Of a DNA stretch of 64,000 nucleotides, positions 45,733 to 59,373 are shown piece after piece. The notes under the pieces were generated by a model that was not told the DNA's origin, ran no database searches, and worked only from the letters and a program-made list of their open reading frames with translations. Positions within the stretch are counted from its first letter, which is position 1. Each line of letters begins with the position of its first letter. The translations under genes were made by a program, and so were the position numbers. Source of the DNA: Sphyrna mokarran (Eukaryota); the NCBI GenBank assembly GCA_024679065.1, contig JAGIQG010000009.1, positions 75,516,001-75,580,000 of the forward strand. The letters are read 5' to 3'.

Positions 45733-48700
45733 TGTAATAAATTCAACAAACTCCATGAGGTTGGTTCTTGGAGTACGAGCTCCCTGATTAAGGCCGTAAT
45801 TGCCTGCCTAGTCAGAGAGCCTCAACTGTATATAAAAGTGGCAGTGACAAGTCTTCCGGCACTCCTGATTCTGACTCTGCACCAAAAGTACTTTTAGGTG
45901 TTTATAAATAAAGGGAATTTGGTGAATGGACTGAGGAGTTATTTCAGTAGCGACAAGGGAAAAGAACAGCTCTAAGGAACTTGCTTGTGAATAGCTGTCT
46001 TCACTTTAGGTAAGCCATTTTCAGGCATCATGCCTCTCTTTGGGAAACTGGATTCATTTGACCCTGCTGTGGAGGACTGGACCCAATATGTGGAACACTT
46101 ACATTGCATTTTTAGGGCTAATGTTATTGTGCTTGATGAAAAGCAACAGGTCTTTTTTCTGACCCTTGTAGATGGGTGATGTTTGCCGTCATTCACAGTT
46201 TACCTTCCCCGGAGGCACCAAGTATCAAAACCTTTCTGGAATTGGCAGACCTAGTGAGGAAATATGATCCTATGCCACTTCTGATTCTGAGAAGGTATTG
46301 ACTTTTCTTGGCACTCCAGGAGATGGGACAGTCTGTTACATGTTTCCTAACAAAGTTTAGATGACTGGTGGAAGCATGTGAGTTCAGGTCTTTGCTTAAT
46401 GAGATGTTAAGAGACTGTTCAATATGTGGGATAAATACTATAGCTACCCAAAAACATCTGCTGGCTGAATCCCAAATGGACTGCAAACAGGTTCTACAAC
46501 TGGCCTTATCATTGGAAAGTTGTGCAAGTGGGCATATGAATTCCAAGGCATCCTGTTAAAAGTAAACATCCAGGCAAGTTTGATCAAGTTCAGGATCACC
46601 ACTTGAGGGCAGACGATTACATAGCATCCCTCAGCAAGTAAGAGAAATAAACCCAGATCTATCTGCACTACTTCCCCAGAGCAAAGCCAAGCTTTGACCA
46701 GACTGTCAACAATCCCTTCAGAATCCCGCCCGGCAAGGCATTGTAACTACTGCCAGTATGCAGAGTCGAAGCAGCAGAGAAAGCCTTCAAGAACCAGATT
46801 TAGGAAAATGACCATGCCATAGGCGATGTCCAGGAAAGTGCACAGCCTGGAAGTTTCACCTACATCCAACGTAGAATAATTAAACTGCATAGCAATGTCC
46901 AAATTGGACCCAATTAAGATAACCATAAGATTAAATGGAAGTGGGTACAGGCGTGCTGTTTCGGTGGCCGGAGAATCAGCATTCAGTAAAATTCGCACTT
47001 GGACTCCAGCCCTTAACTTTAATCAAGACTTCAGTGAGACTGAGAACTTACAAAGGGGAACCTCTGAGTGTTGTGGGTATAAGCTTTGGTCCTCTCTCCT
47101 ATGAAAGACAGCTAATTTGGTTGTCATTAATGGTCGTGGAGGATTCAGGCCTAAGCCTAGTGAAGTGAAACAAATTCACAAATACCCAATTCATTAGATC
47201 AAGGACCTATATGCAAAGTTGTCAGGGGGACTCTTTTCCTTGAAATTAGATACAAGTTATGCTTACTTGCAGTTGCAGCTGGATGAGGATTTGCAGAAAT
47301 ATTCCACTATCAATACTTTAAGGAGCCTCTATCAACACACAGTCAGCCTGCTTGATTTTCCAGAGGACAATGGAGAACATATTATAGCATTTATCTCAGG
47401 TGGCAATTTATCTGGATGACGTTCTCATTACCGATAAAATGAAGGCAGAACATCTACAGACCTGGAGGAAGTTCTTAGTCATTTATCAAGAGCCAGCAGA
47501 AGTGTAACTTACTGTGACCTATCTGGGCTATAAAGTGGACAAATCAGGTCTCTATCATTTAGAGGACTGGGTGTGGGTGATTAAAGATGACTCGGTTCCC
47601 ACCTCAATCCAAGATTTAGGGATGTGTTCTTAGGGCTGATAATGTACTATGGAAAATTCATACAAAATCGGGCCTTCGTTTTGATTCATCAACTGCTAAA
47701 AAAGGGTCAATCTTCAGAATAGTCCGCCCATCAAGATCTCGCTTTCAAGCGAATAAAGCAACAGCTGTCATCATGAAATGTCTTACTATGATCTCAAAAA
47801 AGAATTAGTGCTAACTTGTGATATGTTTGCACACGGCATCGGGGCAGAATTGGCACAAAGGTGGCTAAATGGAGAAGAACACCTAATGGCCTCTGCCTCC
47901 AGGAACTTGACTAGAGCAGAAAGAAAGTGCATCCATATTGAAAAAAATGGGTTGACCATAATACTTGAAGTAAAAAAATTCCATCAATACCTTTAAGTGC
48001 ATTTGAAATTGTCACCGATAGTAGTCATGGTGTAGAGATGCTAGCGTTGGACTGGGGTAAGCTCAGTAAGAGGTCTGACAACACCAATTTTAAATCCAAC
48101 CGATTTATTTGATACTAAACTTGCTAGCTTTCGGCGTTTGTGCCTTCGTCTGGCGAATGAGGCTGATGAAGGCACAAACACCGAAAGCTAGCAAGTTTAT
48201 TATCAAATAAATCAGTTGGATTTAAAATTGGTGTTGTCAGACCTCTTACTGAGATTGTCACCGATCACAGGCTGTCACTGGGACTACTAAGTGAGGACAA
48301 GGCAGTATCATTGATAGTATTATCGGTGCTCAGATCCAGCGGTGGGAATTATTATTAACAGCTTACAATTATCAGTTGGAACAACAGCCGGGAGATCGTG
48401 TAGCTACATTTAGCAGATACCCCGCCAATATTGAAGTTTAAAGTTCATTTATTAATGTCATAGGTAAGCTTACATGAAGTTACCGTGAGAAAGGTACCCT
48501 AAGTAAAAGAGATGGTAATGACTATGAATTTTCTGGATACCCTCACAGTGGCCTCACAGAATATACGTCTTTGGATGCAAAAGAACCCTGTACTTGCAAT
48601 AGTTAAACACTTAGTACTGACAGAGGAGCTAGAAAGACCAGTACAGTCCCAAATACATCCTTATTGAAATAGAAGGGAGCAGCTCAGGGTAGAAGATGGA

Positions 48701-50082
48701 ATACTGCTGTGGGGGGATACTCTGAGTCATATTGGCTGAACTACATAGCCAATGTAGTTCCCACACAGGAGTGTTCAAGGTGAAAATGTTGGCCAGGTGC
48801 TTTGTTTGGTAGCCTGGAATGGACACAGAGTGACACTTGTGCGTTGGTGCCAGGAATGTCAACAAGGATAAGGCTTGCCAGCAGCAGCTCCACTACACCC
48901 ATGGGAATGGCCAGGTAGATCATGGGTGCACGTGGATCATGCACACTCATTCATGGGCTTGATGTTCTTGGTCATAGTGGATTCCCATTCCAAGTGGGTG
49001 GTTGCCCACAAGGCGCGTTCAGTGAACACAGCAATAACAGTAAGGAAATTTTGCACCTCCTTTTCGATGTATTGGAGCCTGGAGGTGCAGGTCTCTGACA
49101 ATGGATCGGTTTTCGCCAGCCAAGTGTTCACCCAGTTCATGAAGTTGAATGGGATTCGACAAATAAGGATGGCACTATGCCATCCATCGTCAAATGACCT
49201 TGCAGAGAGAGAGGTCCAGATTTAAAAAAAACAGCCGGGGCATCAATGGATACCAAACTCTCCCATTGATTATTCAACTATAGGACAATCCCCCCATGAC
49301 ACTATAGGAATAGCCCCCACAGAATTGCTCATGGACAAACGCCTCAACACTAGATTAAATTTACTCTTCCCAAATCAGGGGGAGGGTGCAAAAGCAACAG
49401 AAAGCTCATTGCAAAGGCCTCAACAATAGCAGCCAGGAGAGACAATTGGAGGCCAGTGAAAAGTTTTGGGTAAAGAATTACACTAATAGTCCCGCATGGT
49501 TACCTGGAATGGTGAACTCTAGGATGGGACCTGTATCCCACAGAATACACCTGGGTGGGACCATCCACAAACAAATCTGGACCAGATACGGGTCTCAAAA
49601 TCACAGTTTGTCCTGGAGCTATCTATGCCCAGTGAGCTGAGAACCAAGGAGAGTCCTCCCCAACTGGCCTGCCCCCACCTCTCTATCACCCATAGTTAAG
49701 ACTCCAGTGTCCAAAATGGACACTGCAGACCAAGCTGTGGCTAATCCTCCGCCTTCTAGGACAAACTAGAACTCTGTGTCACAAGAGATAGGCGCTTGCT
49801 AGATACGCTCCTCTGATATAGGATGCCGAGTTGGAGGATCTGTACACAGTGCTGAAACTTGGGGAAGAGGGATGGACCATAAGGTCGGCCTTTTAGAGCT
49901 CCTAAATTGAGGCCATAATTGCCTGCCCAATCAGGGAGCCTCACCTGTACCTAAATATAGAGTGTGAAGTCCATTGGCACTCCTGATTGTGGCTTTGTAC
50001 CAGAAGCACATTTGGAGTAGGATTGTGTTTGTAAATAGAGGGAATCTGGTGAAGGGACTCTGGCCTCTGAGGAGTTAGTTCA
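45733..50082 (+). mobile_element. Degenerate Gypsy/Ty3 LTR retrotransposon (Mag/K02A2.6-like)
   Basis: LTRs 45733-45946 and 49873-50082 (TG..CA, diverged), PBS-like TAGCGACAAGG at 45948, PPT GGGGAAGAGGGA at 49861-49872, TSD GTGTT/GTGCT. Gag MPLFGKLDSFD..EDWTQY, RT YLDDVLI, RNase H LVLTCD, integrase PLHPWEWP..VSDNG..HPSSN.LAER. Many stops, frameshifts and an internal deletion near 47165. Confidence 0.92.
48020..48253. mobile_element. Palindromic non-autonomous Penelope insertion inside Gypsy pol
   Basis: 91-bp inverted arms 48062-48152 and 48163-48253, PLE tail at 48020-48061 and 12-bp TSD ATTGTCACCGAT at 48008-48019 and 48254-48265. Confidence 0.92.
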
Positions 50083-50149
50083 GTGCTGTTGTTAGTGCTG
50101 ATGTGTTGCTGGAGCTGGTGTTGTTGTGATGGCGGCAGTGATATAAACA

Positions 50150-52880
50150 AAAACATACAAACGAGAAGCACGAACAGGCCATTTGGCCCAAGAATCCTGC
50201 TCCGCCATTCATTTTGATCATGGCTGATCATTGAATTCTATATCCTAACCTCCCCTTCCCAACATTTCCTTTGATCCCTTTTAGCCCCAAGAGCTATGTC
50301 TAATTCCTTCCTGAAATCACACAACATTTTGGCCTCAACTACATCCTGAATTCCACACATTCACCATTCTCTGGGTGAAGAAATTTCTCCTCACTTCAGT
50401 CCTGAAAGGTTTAACTCTTATCCTGAAACTATTACTCTTAGTTCTGGATTCCCTCACCATCAGAAACATTCTTTCCGAATTTGTCTTATCTAAGCCTATT
50501 AGAATTTTATGAGTTCCTATGAGATCCTCTCTCACACCTCTAAACTCCAATGAATAAAATCCTTACCGACTTCTCCTCATATACCAGATCTGCCATCCAA
50601 GATTAGCCTGGTAAACCTTCACTCTATAGCAAAGACATGCTTCCTCAGGTAAGGACACCATAACTGAACATAATCCTCCAGGTGTGGCCTCACCAACACC
50701 TTATACAATTGTAACAAAACATCCCTATCACTATACTCAAATTCTTTTGCTACAAAGGCCATGCCATTTGCCTTCTTTGCTGCTTGCTGTACCTGCACGT
50801 ACTTTCAGCAACTAATGCACAAGGAGACCAAGGTCTTGCTGAATATCCACTTCTCTCAATTTACACCCATTGAAATAATAATCTGCCTTCATATTATTGC
50901 AAGCAAAATGAATAATCTCACACTTATTCACATTATACTGCATTTGCCAGGCATATGCCCACTCACTCACCTGTCCAAATCATGCTGAATCATGTTTTCT
51001 CTCAACTCCCTTCTTTTGAATAGTGGGCTTACATCATCTATTCTCCAAACTGTAGGGATCAGTTCAGAGTCCAAAGAATTTTGAAAAATGACCTCCAATG
51101 GATTTATTATTTCTAGGGCCATGACTATGGATAAATGAACACCGCTCAACAATCACTAGGCAGAAGTGTCCCCTTCCAGTTGGGGAACACTTTGGCAGTC
51201 ACGAGCGTTCAGCCTCTGATCTTCAGGCAAATGTTCTCCAAGGCTCAGAGACAAATCAGAATCACTGAGCAGAAACTGATAGCCAAATTCCATACACATG
51301 AGGACGGCCTCAATCAGGATCTTGTGTCCATGACACATTATTTGTAACCCCCACGACTTGCCTGGGTTTGCAAAATCTCACCAACTGTCCTGGCTGGAGA
51401 CGATACACACATCTTTAACCTGTACTTGGCCTTCTCTTCACTCACATTTTCTGTAGCTTTAAGACTTGATTATTTGTAAAGACATGCATTCCAACTATTA
51501 TCTTGTAAATTGAATTTGTGTCTGTATATGCCTACTTGTGAACACAAGTCCTCATTCACCTGAAGAAGGAGCCTGAGACTCCAAAAGCTTGTGCTGCCAA
51601 ATAAAGCTATTGGACTTTAACTTGGTGTTGTGAGACTTCTTACTGTGCTTACCCCAGTCTAATATTGGCATCTCCACATCATTCCTTTGTGAAGACAGGA
51701 GGAAAGTACGAATTTAATTCCTTAACCATTTCTTTGTTCCCCAATATGAATTCTGCCTTTTCTAAATGTAAGGAGTCTACATGCATTTTTGGCAATCTTT
51801 TTCTCTTTACATAGCTGTATAAACTTTTACAGTCAGATTTTATGTTCTCTGCTAATTTATTTTCATACTCTATTTTCCTTTTCTTAAAGAATCCCTTGAT
51901 GCTCCTTTGCTAAATTTTAAACTGCTCCCAATCCTCAGCCCAATTGCTTTCTCTTGCCAATTTGTATGTTTCTTCTTTGAATCTAATACTATCTCTAATT
52001 TGCCTTATAAGCCATAGTTTGGCCACAATTCTCTTTACATTCTTGCACCAAATAGGAAAAAACAAATTTCGGCGTTCACTGATTCATTTCTTGAATGTCT
52101 GTCATTGCCTATCCACTGTCCTTCCTTTTGGTAACGTTTCCCAGTCCATCACAGTAAATTCATATCTTATATCATTATAGTTACCTTAATTGAGATTCAT
52201 GACCCTGGTCTCAGAATCAACTACCCTCACTCTCCACCTCGATAAAGAATTCTATCATATTATGGTCATCTATCCCTAAGAATTCTCTCACAACTAGACT
52301 GCCAACCATTCCTTTCTCGTTGTACAATACCCATCCAAGATGACCTGTTCCATTGTTAATTTCTCAACATATTGGTCCAGAAAACTATCCTGTATACACC
52401 CTGATATTCGTCCTCTATTGTACTGTGAATAATTTAACTGTCCCAATCTATATGCAGATTAAAATCATCCATAATCACAGATATTCCTTTATCACACGCA
52501 TCTCTGATTTTCTGTCTAATGCTTTTCCCAGTATTATTTCTACAGTTTGGTGGTCTGTATACCACCCCCACAAATGTTTATGCTCCTTTGTTCTTTTATT
52601 CGATCCACACAGATTCCAAATCGTCCATGATAATATCTTGCCTCAATATCATATCAACATCTTCTTTAATCAACAATGCAACTCCACCACCTTTTCCTTT
52701 CTGTCAGTCCTTCCTAAACACTGAAGAGCTCTCAATGTTTAGGCCACCTTTGAGTCATGTTTCTATAATCCCAACTATATCATACCCCTTTTCATCTATC
52801 TATGCAACTAATTCATCCATTTTCTTTTAAATACTCCAAGCATTCTGACACAAGTCTTAAGGTGAGCCCATTCAACATTT
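50150..52880 (-). mobile_element. Old, internally deleted CR1 LINE (3' UTR to endonuclease region)
   Basis: Reverse peptide REDLIGTHKILIGLD...RRNFFTQRMVNVWN, decayed RT and endonuclease segments. Interrupted by a Penelope element. Confidence 0.8.
51120..51682 (+). mobile_element. Older Penelope 3' fragment with terminal repeat and tail
   Basis: EQKLIAKFHTHEDGLNQDLVSMTHYL matches the C-terminus of ORF 42302..42946. Eroded hammerhead at 51557-51593 (GAAA changed to AAAA). Tail CTTACCCCAGTC...CATCTCCACATCAT. Confidence 0.9.
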
Positions 52881-53063
52881 CTGTCCTATTCCTACTATTT
52901 TTTACTGTGTTCTTATCTGACTCTGGCCCTTGATTTCTCTGCCTCTCACTTATCTTATTCTCCTTGCTGTATTTTCCTCTTGTTCTCCCTACTCTGAATC
53001 TTACATATGAGTTTCCATTCCACTGCCATATTAAGATGTTGACATTGGCATTGGCAGTAGTAT

Positions 53064-55080
53064 TACATAGAGAACATAGAACATAGAACATTACAGCGCA
53101 GAACAGGCCCTTCGGCCTTCGATGTTGCGCCGACCAATTAGGAACAAGCAGTGACCCTCTAACCTAAACCATTCCCTTTTCATCCATAAAATTATCTACT
53201 AACCTCTTAAACACCACCAAACTTGGCGCATCTACAACTGCCGCAGGCAGGGCATTCCATACCCTTACCACCCTCTGGTTAAAGAACCTACCTCTGACAT
53301 CCATCCTATAACTACCACCCCTTAATTTAAAGCTATGTCCCTCGTGCTAGCTTTCTCCATCCTAGGAAAAAGGCTATCACTGTCCACCCTATCTAAACCT
53401 CTAATCATCTTATATGTTTCAATAAGGTCTCCTCTTAGCTGCCTTCTTTCCAACGAAAACAACCTCAAATCCCTCAGCCTCTCTTCATAAGACATGCCTT
53501 CCATACCAGGCAACATCCTGGTAAACCTCCTCTGTACCCTCTCCAATGCCTCCACATCTTTCTTATAATGTGGGGACCAGAACTGCACACAATACTCCAA
53601 GTGCGGCCGCACTAGAGTTTTGTACGTTGCAACATGACGTTGCGGCTCCGAAATTCAATCCCCCTACCAATAAAAGCTAAGACTCCATATGCCTTCTTAA
53701 CAACCTTATCGACCTGATTGCCAACTTTCAGGGATCTATGCACATATACACCAAGATCCCTCTGTTCTTCAACACTATTAAGAGTCCTACCATTAGTCCT
53801 ATACTCTACACATTTGTTATTCCTGCCAAAGTGAATTACCTCACACTTTTCCACATTAAACTTCATTTGCCACCTCTCGGCCCAGCTCTGCAACTTGTCC
53901 AAGTCTCTCTGCAAACTAGAACACCCCTCTTCACTATCTACCACTCCTCCAACTTTGGTGTCATCCGCAAATTTACTAATCCATCCTTCACTACCCTCAT
54001 CCAGATCATTTATAAAAATTACAAACAGCAGGGGCCCCAAACCAGATCCCTGAGGTACACCACTAGTAACCGAACTCCACGATGAATATCTCCCATCAAC
54101 CACCACCCTCTGTCTTCTATCTGCTAGCCAATTCCTAATCCAATTAGCTAAATCCCCCTCTATCCCATACATCTGCATTTTCTGCAGAAGCCTTCCATGG
54201 GCCACCTTATCGAACGCCTTACTAAAGTCCATATATACCACATCAACTGCCTTACCCCCATCCACCTCTTTGGTCACTTTTTCCAAAAACTCAATAAGGT
54301 TAGTAAGGCACGACCTACCCTTCACAAAACCATGCTGACTATCCCCAATCAATTCATTTCTCTCTAAATAACTATAAATCCTATCCCTAATAATTCTCTC
54401 CAATACTTTGCCCACAACAGACGTAAGACTCACCGGCCTATAATTCCCCGGAAAGTCTCTCTTCCCCTTCTTGAACACATTCGCTATCCTCCAGTCTTCC
54501 GGCACTATACCCATAACCAACGACGACCTGAAGATCAGAGCCAGAGGCTCTGCAATCTCCTCTCTTGCCTCCCAGAGAATCCTAGTGTAAATCCCGTCCG
54601 GCCCAGGGGACTTATCCAACTTCAAACCCTCGAGAATATCCAGCACGTCCTCCCTATCTACTTCGATACCTTCCAGTTTGCTACCCTGTACCTCAGTGTT
54701 CTCCATAACTACATTTACATCACCCTGCGTGAATACCGAAGAGAAATATTTATTCAGTGCCTCTCCAATCTCTTCAGGTTCCACGCACAACTTCCCACTG
54801 CTGTCCATAACTGGCCCTAACCTTGCCCTAACCAATCTTCTATTCTTAACATATCTAAAGAAAGCTTTAGGATTCTCCTTGATCCTATCAGCCAAAGTCT
54901 TCTCGTGTCCCCTTTTAGCCCTCCTCAACTCCCTCTTTAGCTCACTCCTGGCTAATCTATAGCTATCCATTGCACTAACTGAGCCTTCAAGCCTCATCCT
55001 GACATAAGCCTCTTTTTTCCTTTTAACCAGCGAATTAACTTTTTTAGTACACCATGGTTCCCTTACTCGACCATTTCCTC
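53064..55080 (-). mobile_element. Young 5'-truncated CR1 LINE, near-intact RT
   Basis: [46 protein letters not shown] and SKFADDTK motifs. A small in-frame deletion at WRIANVFKKG, frameshifts near 53612 and 53340, (TTCTATG)n tail. Confidence 0.96.
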
Positions 55081-55129
55081 CTTGTTGTTGTTGATGTTGG
55101 TAGACTGCAACTATGCACTGAGTGGCATT

Positions 55130-55370
55130 AATGGAACCTGCCCTTCTCTGTTTTTCCTCTGGTCTCTCTCCTGTCTTCCTTGCTCTCTTCTTCTCCATCC
55201 TCTTCATTTTTCGATTCCTCTTTTCTTCTCTCCTTTCCTTGCAACTCTCCATCTCTCGCCACCACTCCTTCTTATCCTCTCTCTCCTTAGTTCCGCCCCT
55301 TCATTCCGTCCCTTCACTTTTCCCGCCCTCCTCATCCTCCTCCTCCACCCTCTTCCCTCTTATCATTTTC
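55130..55370. repeat. CT-rich low-complexity tract
   Basis: Read directly. Gives the spurious K/R/E-rich N-terminus of ORF 53612..55252. Confidence 0.85.
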
Positions 55371-55999
55371 ACTAGGTTATTGAATTTCAGAGGGAGAGAA
55401 AGCACAGTGAAGAGATAGTTCACGTTGATACTTTGTCAGCTGCCTTTACTGAGTCAACAGGGCCTTTCTCTAATACAGAGCGCTCACAGCCAGTCTTAGA
55501 CCTGGGTTAAGCTTACACAATGCTCTTTATTTGTCTCTTACACTCCAGATGTGGGATAGTGACAGATTGGACATTGCTCTTCTGCAGAGCCAGGGCATTG
55601 CAATGAAAATCCAGCCAGTTTAGTCTCAGCTTTCCTCTATTAGTTTGGTTTCATGTTGCAGTGTACAAACACAGATGGTTAACTCAAGCATAAAGTACAC
55701 CGGAGTGGATATTTAAGATGCTGAAATTACAGTTGACTGTGCACTCTCCACTACACTGAGTGCCCCATCATGCAGCTTCTGTGTTACACAAGACCAATTT
55801 GTTTTACGGATTCTGAGGAATCAGCAGATGGGATCAGACAGTCAGTGATAAATGTTATCGGGTAATCTAACGGAGGAGGGTCTTTTCAGTGAGGTCAGCT
55901 ATAAATTGCCAGTGACAGTTGCATTGTCTGGGTTTCTGATTAAAAAGCAGTGTGACAGGCATGGGATGAAGAGGTGAACATTGCCTACTGAACAACAGC

Positions 56000-56580
56000 C
56001 ACACACACTAATACACATACACCCACATACACACTGACACAGAGATGTACGCACACGCACTGGCGCACACACGTCCACACACACTGACACAGAAAAAGCC
56101 ACACACACACACACCCACATATAGACTGACACAGAGACTCACATACATACTGTCACAGACACAGTCACACACACACACACACACACCCATACACAGACTA
56201 ACATACATATATACACATGCCCATATGCAGACACACAACCACACATACGCTGACACAGAAACACCCACACACACATTGACACAGAAACACCCACATACAT
56301 TGACAAGACACACCCACATTTACCATATGCAGACATGCATGAAATATACAACACACAGATACTGCGCACACTGACACAGCCACATCACACACTGACATGT
56401 GGCCACCCATCAAGACATACAGAGTTTGTGCACACTAACACACTTCATACACATTTCCACAGGACACGCAGGATACATGTACACATATCACTGCACATAG
56501 GATACATATAGGATACGCAAACGCATGCAAACCACACTATACACATGCAGACACAAACACACAGTCAGATATGAACCACA
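56000..56580. repeat. Degenerate (CA)n-rich microsatellite
   Basis: Read directly. Confidence 0.9.
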
Positions 56581-56711
56581 CTGTGAGTTAATCCAGTGCT
56601 TTGGCTGGCAGAGTCCTTATAGATATTTGCATCCATTTGCAATACCTCAATTATCAGTGCTGAGAGATCTTGTCCTTTATAATACAGAGGGAGTCTGTTG
56701 AGCATGGAGGT

Positions 56712-57069
56712 AAGAACTCAGTAAGAATTTAGCAACACCAATTTTTAATCCAACCGATTTATTTGATAGTAAAATTGCGAGCTTTCAACACTCCGTGTCT
56801 TCCTCAGGCAAATGCAGTGTTTTGGTCTGCAATAGCACGCATCAGCACAGACAGTCAGAGATTGCTGATTAGAATGCGAATCCTTACATCTAACCTGCTA
56901 TTCAAGTGTTAAAGTTGCTAACAATGTGTGTGAAGGGAATCCTGAGCATTGTTGGAGAATTGTGTATTTTCTCCAGACAGCACAGTAAGTGAGGTTTTTG
57001 GCTAACCCAGGCAAGTTACGGGGGTTACAGATAGTGTGTCATGAAGCCAAGATCCCTGTTAAGACCGTC
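56712..57069 (-). mobile_element. Short Penelope 3' copy with 9-bp TSD; hammerhead motif at 56775-56811
   Basis: Almost identical to the reverse complement of 42901-43254. TSD CATGGAGGT at 56703-56711 and 57070-57078. Confidence 0.95.
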
Positions 57070-57921
57070 CATGGAGGTTCTGGCATGTCACGCAGAGGGG
57101 TGTGACACTGGACACTGACAGGAACATTCAATGCAAAATGTTTGCAAAACACCACTGTATCTTCCATAATAAAGGAAATATTGCTTCCTCCCTTGTTTGT
57201 GTCTGGAATGCCTGGAGACTAGTAGATAAACGCCTTCAATGGGCCTGAAGGGATCGGACTCAATCCTGACACTCAGTTCATTGTAACTTTGGCTAACCTT
57301 TCTGAGAGAGCTGGAGGACAGGCAGATTATCAAAAGTTAAAATAGAGAAACCATCTACTCATATCTCCAAAGATGCAGCATTATGTGGACCTGTATTAAC
57401 TATATGCAGACCTCCTCAGCAGTGAAGTTACAGGAATTCATTTCCAGAACCTCTGCGAGACGCCTGAGGCATTTTGCTGCTATTGAGTTCACAATTAAAC
57501 CAAACAATGTTATCAGAAGGTGTTGCTTCACAAATTAAAATCAAGCAGTGGCAGGCTTTGCGTCCACTGCTGGCAGTGTTGTCCCAGTGGATTGTGTTGC
57601 AACTAGAAACAGCTTATTCCATTGTGAACAATTGCAGGCACTCCATTCTTGTGTCTCTTCACACTGACCTGATGAAATGCACAGCAGAGAAATTAATTCA
57701 GCGGGAGCAGATGGTGTGGGTCAGCAGACCACGACTCAGTCCCAAACTGCTTTAAGCAAAGTGATGGCAAACCTTGGATACCTCCAGAGTGTTCCCTCCT
57801 CATATGCAATTCTGAAATAGATTCAGCGCCCAAACTAAATCCTTCACGTTCAACAATTCACAGCAAAAACTCACAATAGCCAGCTAATGTAAACTCACAA
57901 TTCCAGAAACCTATTGATCGC

Positions 57922-58335
57922 ACAGGAGATGAGGACAGACAGACAGGAGGAAGGGAGGGGTGGACAGGCAGACAGAAGATGAGGGACAGACAGTCAGGAA
58001 GGAAGGGACAGACGGACAAATGGTGAGGGGCAGATGGACAGGAGGTGAGGAACAGATGGATAAAATACGAGGAACAGGCAGACAGGAAGTGAAGGACAGA
58101 CAGACAGAAGGTAAGGAACAGATAGATAAGAGGTGAGGGACAGGCAGACAGGAGGTGAGGGACAGGAAAACAGGAGATGAAGGACAGGCAGACAGGAGGT
58201 GAGGACAGGCAGACAGACAGGAAGTGACAGACAGGCAGAAGGAGATGAGGTGCAGACAGACAGGAAGTGAGAAACAGTCAGATAGTGGAGGGCGGGGGGA
58301 GGTCGAAGACAGTCCGACATTAGATCAGGGACAGA
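57922..58335. repeat. Degenerate purine-rich tandem repeat (GACAGRCAGACAGGAGGTGAGG)n
   Basis: Read directly; units about 22 bp. Confidence 0.85.
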
Positions 58336-58433
58336 GAGCATCAGACATCCAGTAAGAAATCAAGTGGCACTCCTCCCCATCCTTCATACTGCATCAGAAC
58401 AAAGACAGTGAATGAGTTAACCGTCATACTCAC

Positions 58434-58469
58434 CGTGGAGCCACATTGTTGTCTCACTGCATGACCTGA
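58434..58469 (-). other. Candidate minus-strand exon (36 nt)
   Basis: Acceptor CTCAACTCTCTTCATTTCTAG and donor ACG|GTGAGT. Contains ACAACAATGTGG, a possible start codon context. Confidence 0.35.
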
Positions 58470-59373
58470 CTAGAAATGAAGAGAGTTGAGTGGAGAAGGC
58501 AGTGTTCCTGGGGAAGGAACTTGACAGGTGAAGCTTTACTCTGCATCTGGAATCCCAAGTTCTTTCATCTTATGACGGGGCAGACAGGTCCAAAAACATC
58601 ACAGATTAGCAGCAGGAGCTGCAGATTTATTTGTTCTTGTTTGGTTAACCAGTATTTATGGAAATGGCATTATTGGATCTGTTCTTGCCATGTGGACAAC
58701 TAAATGCCACAGTGCCAACTATGCTGGAGTTTCTGAACATGGTTCTATTGATTAATAAGCTGGGTGGACTGTGATATAAATTATACCTGTGCTAACAAGC
58801 ACTTGCAAAAACAGATTATTCCCATCCATAAGAGAGGGGTCAATTGAGGGAGAGATACACAACGTCAAATCCAATGTATGCAATTTACACTGAAGCCAAC
58901 CAAGCAGCTAACCCTCAGAGAGAAACAACAGATGGTAACAGAGAACAGCACTCAAACAAAGACAGTTTCCCAAGGCAAATTGCTTCAGTGTTAACAGTGA
59001 CTTGCATTTACATAGCAACAGAAAGGAGGAGTAGGACTTAGAGAAGAGGAGGGATTTACGGGAGAAATTCCAGATTTTAGTGTTTGGACAGCTGAAAGGG
59101 TGACGAATAATGATGTGGTGATGGAGGTCACGGAGGCACCAGAATTGAAGGAACGTGGATATTTTGGAGGGTTGTAAGACTGGGATAAGTTACGGAGTCA
59201 TTGATGGGGTGAGACAGTGAAGGGACTGGAAGACGAGGGTGAGATTCTTCAAATTGAAGCACTGCCCCTGTGGGAGCTAGTGTGGGTCAGCAAGCACACA
59301 GTGTGTGACGAGTAACCAGGAGTTGGCACCAGTTAGGATGGAGGAAATGTATTCGAAATGAGCTTGAGGTTTT

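Noticed and set aside
53612-55252. 546-aa ORF as a domesticated RT gene with a novel basic N-terminus
   Set aside because: The N-terminus is read-through from a CT-rich tract. The rest is a truncated CR1 with a deletion and frameshifts.
55391-55510. Open stretch RERKHSEEIVHVDTLS... after an acceptor-like TTTCAG
   Set aside because: No convincing donor and no recognisable homology.
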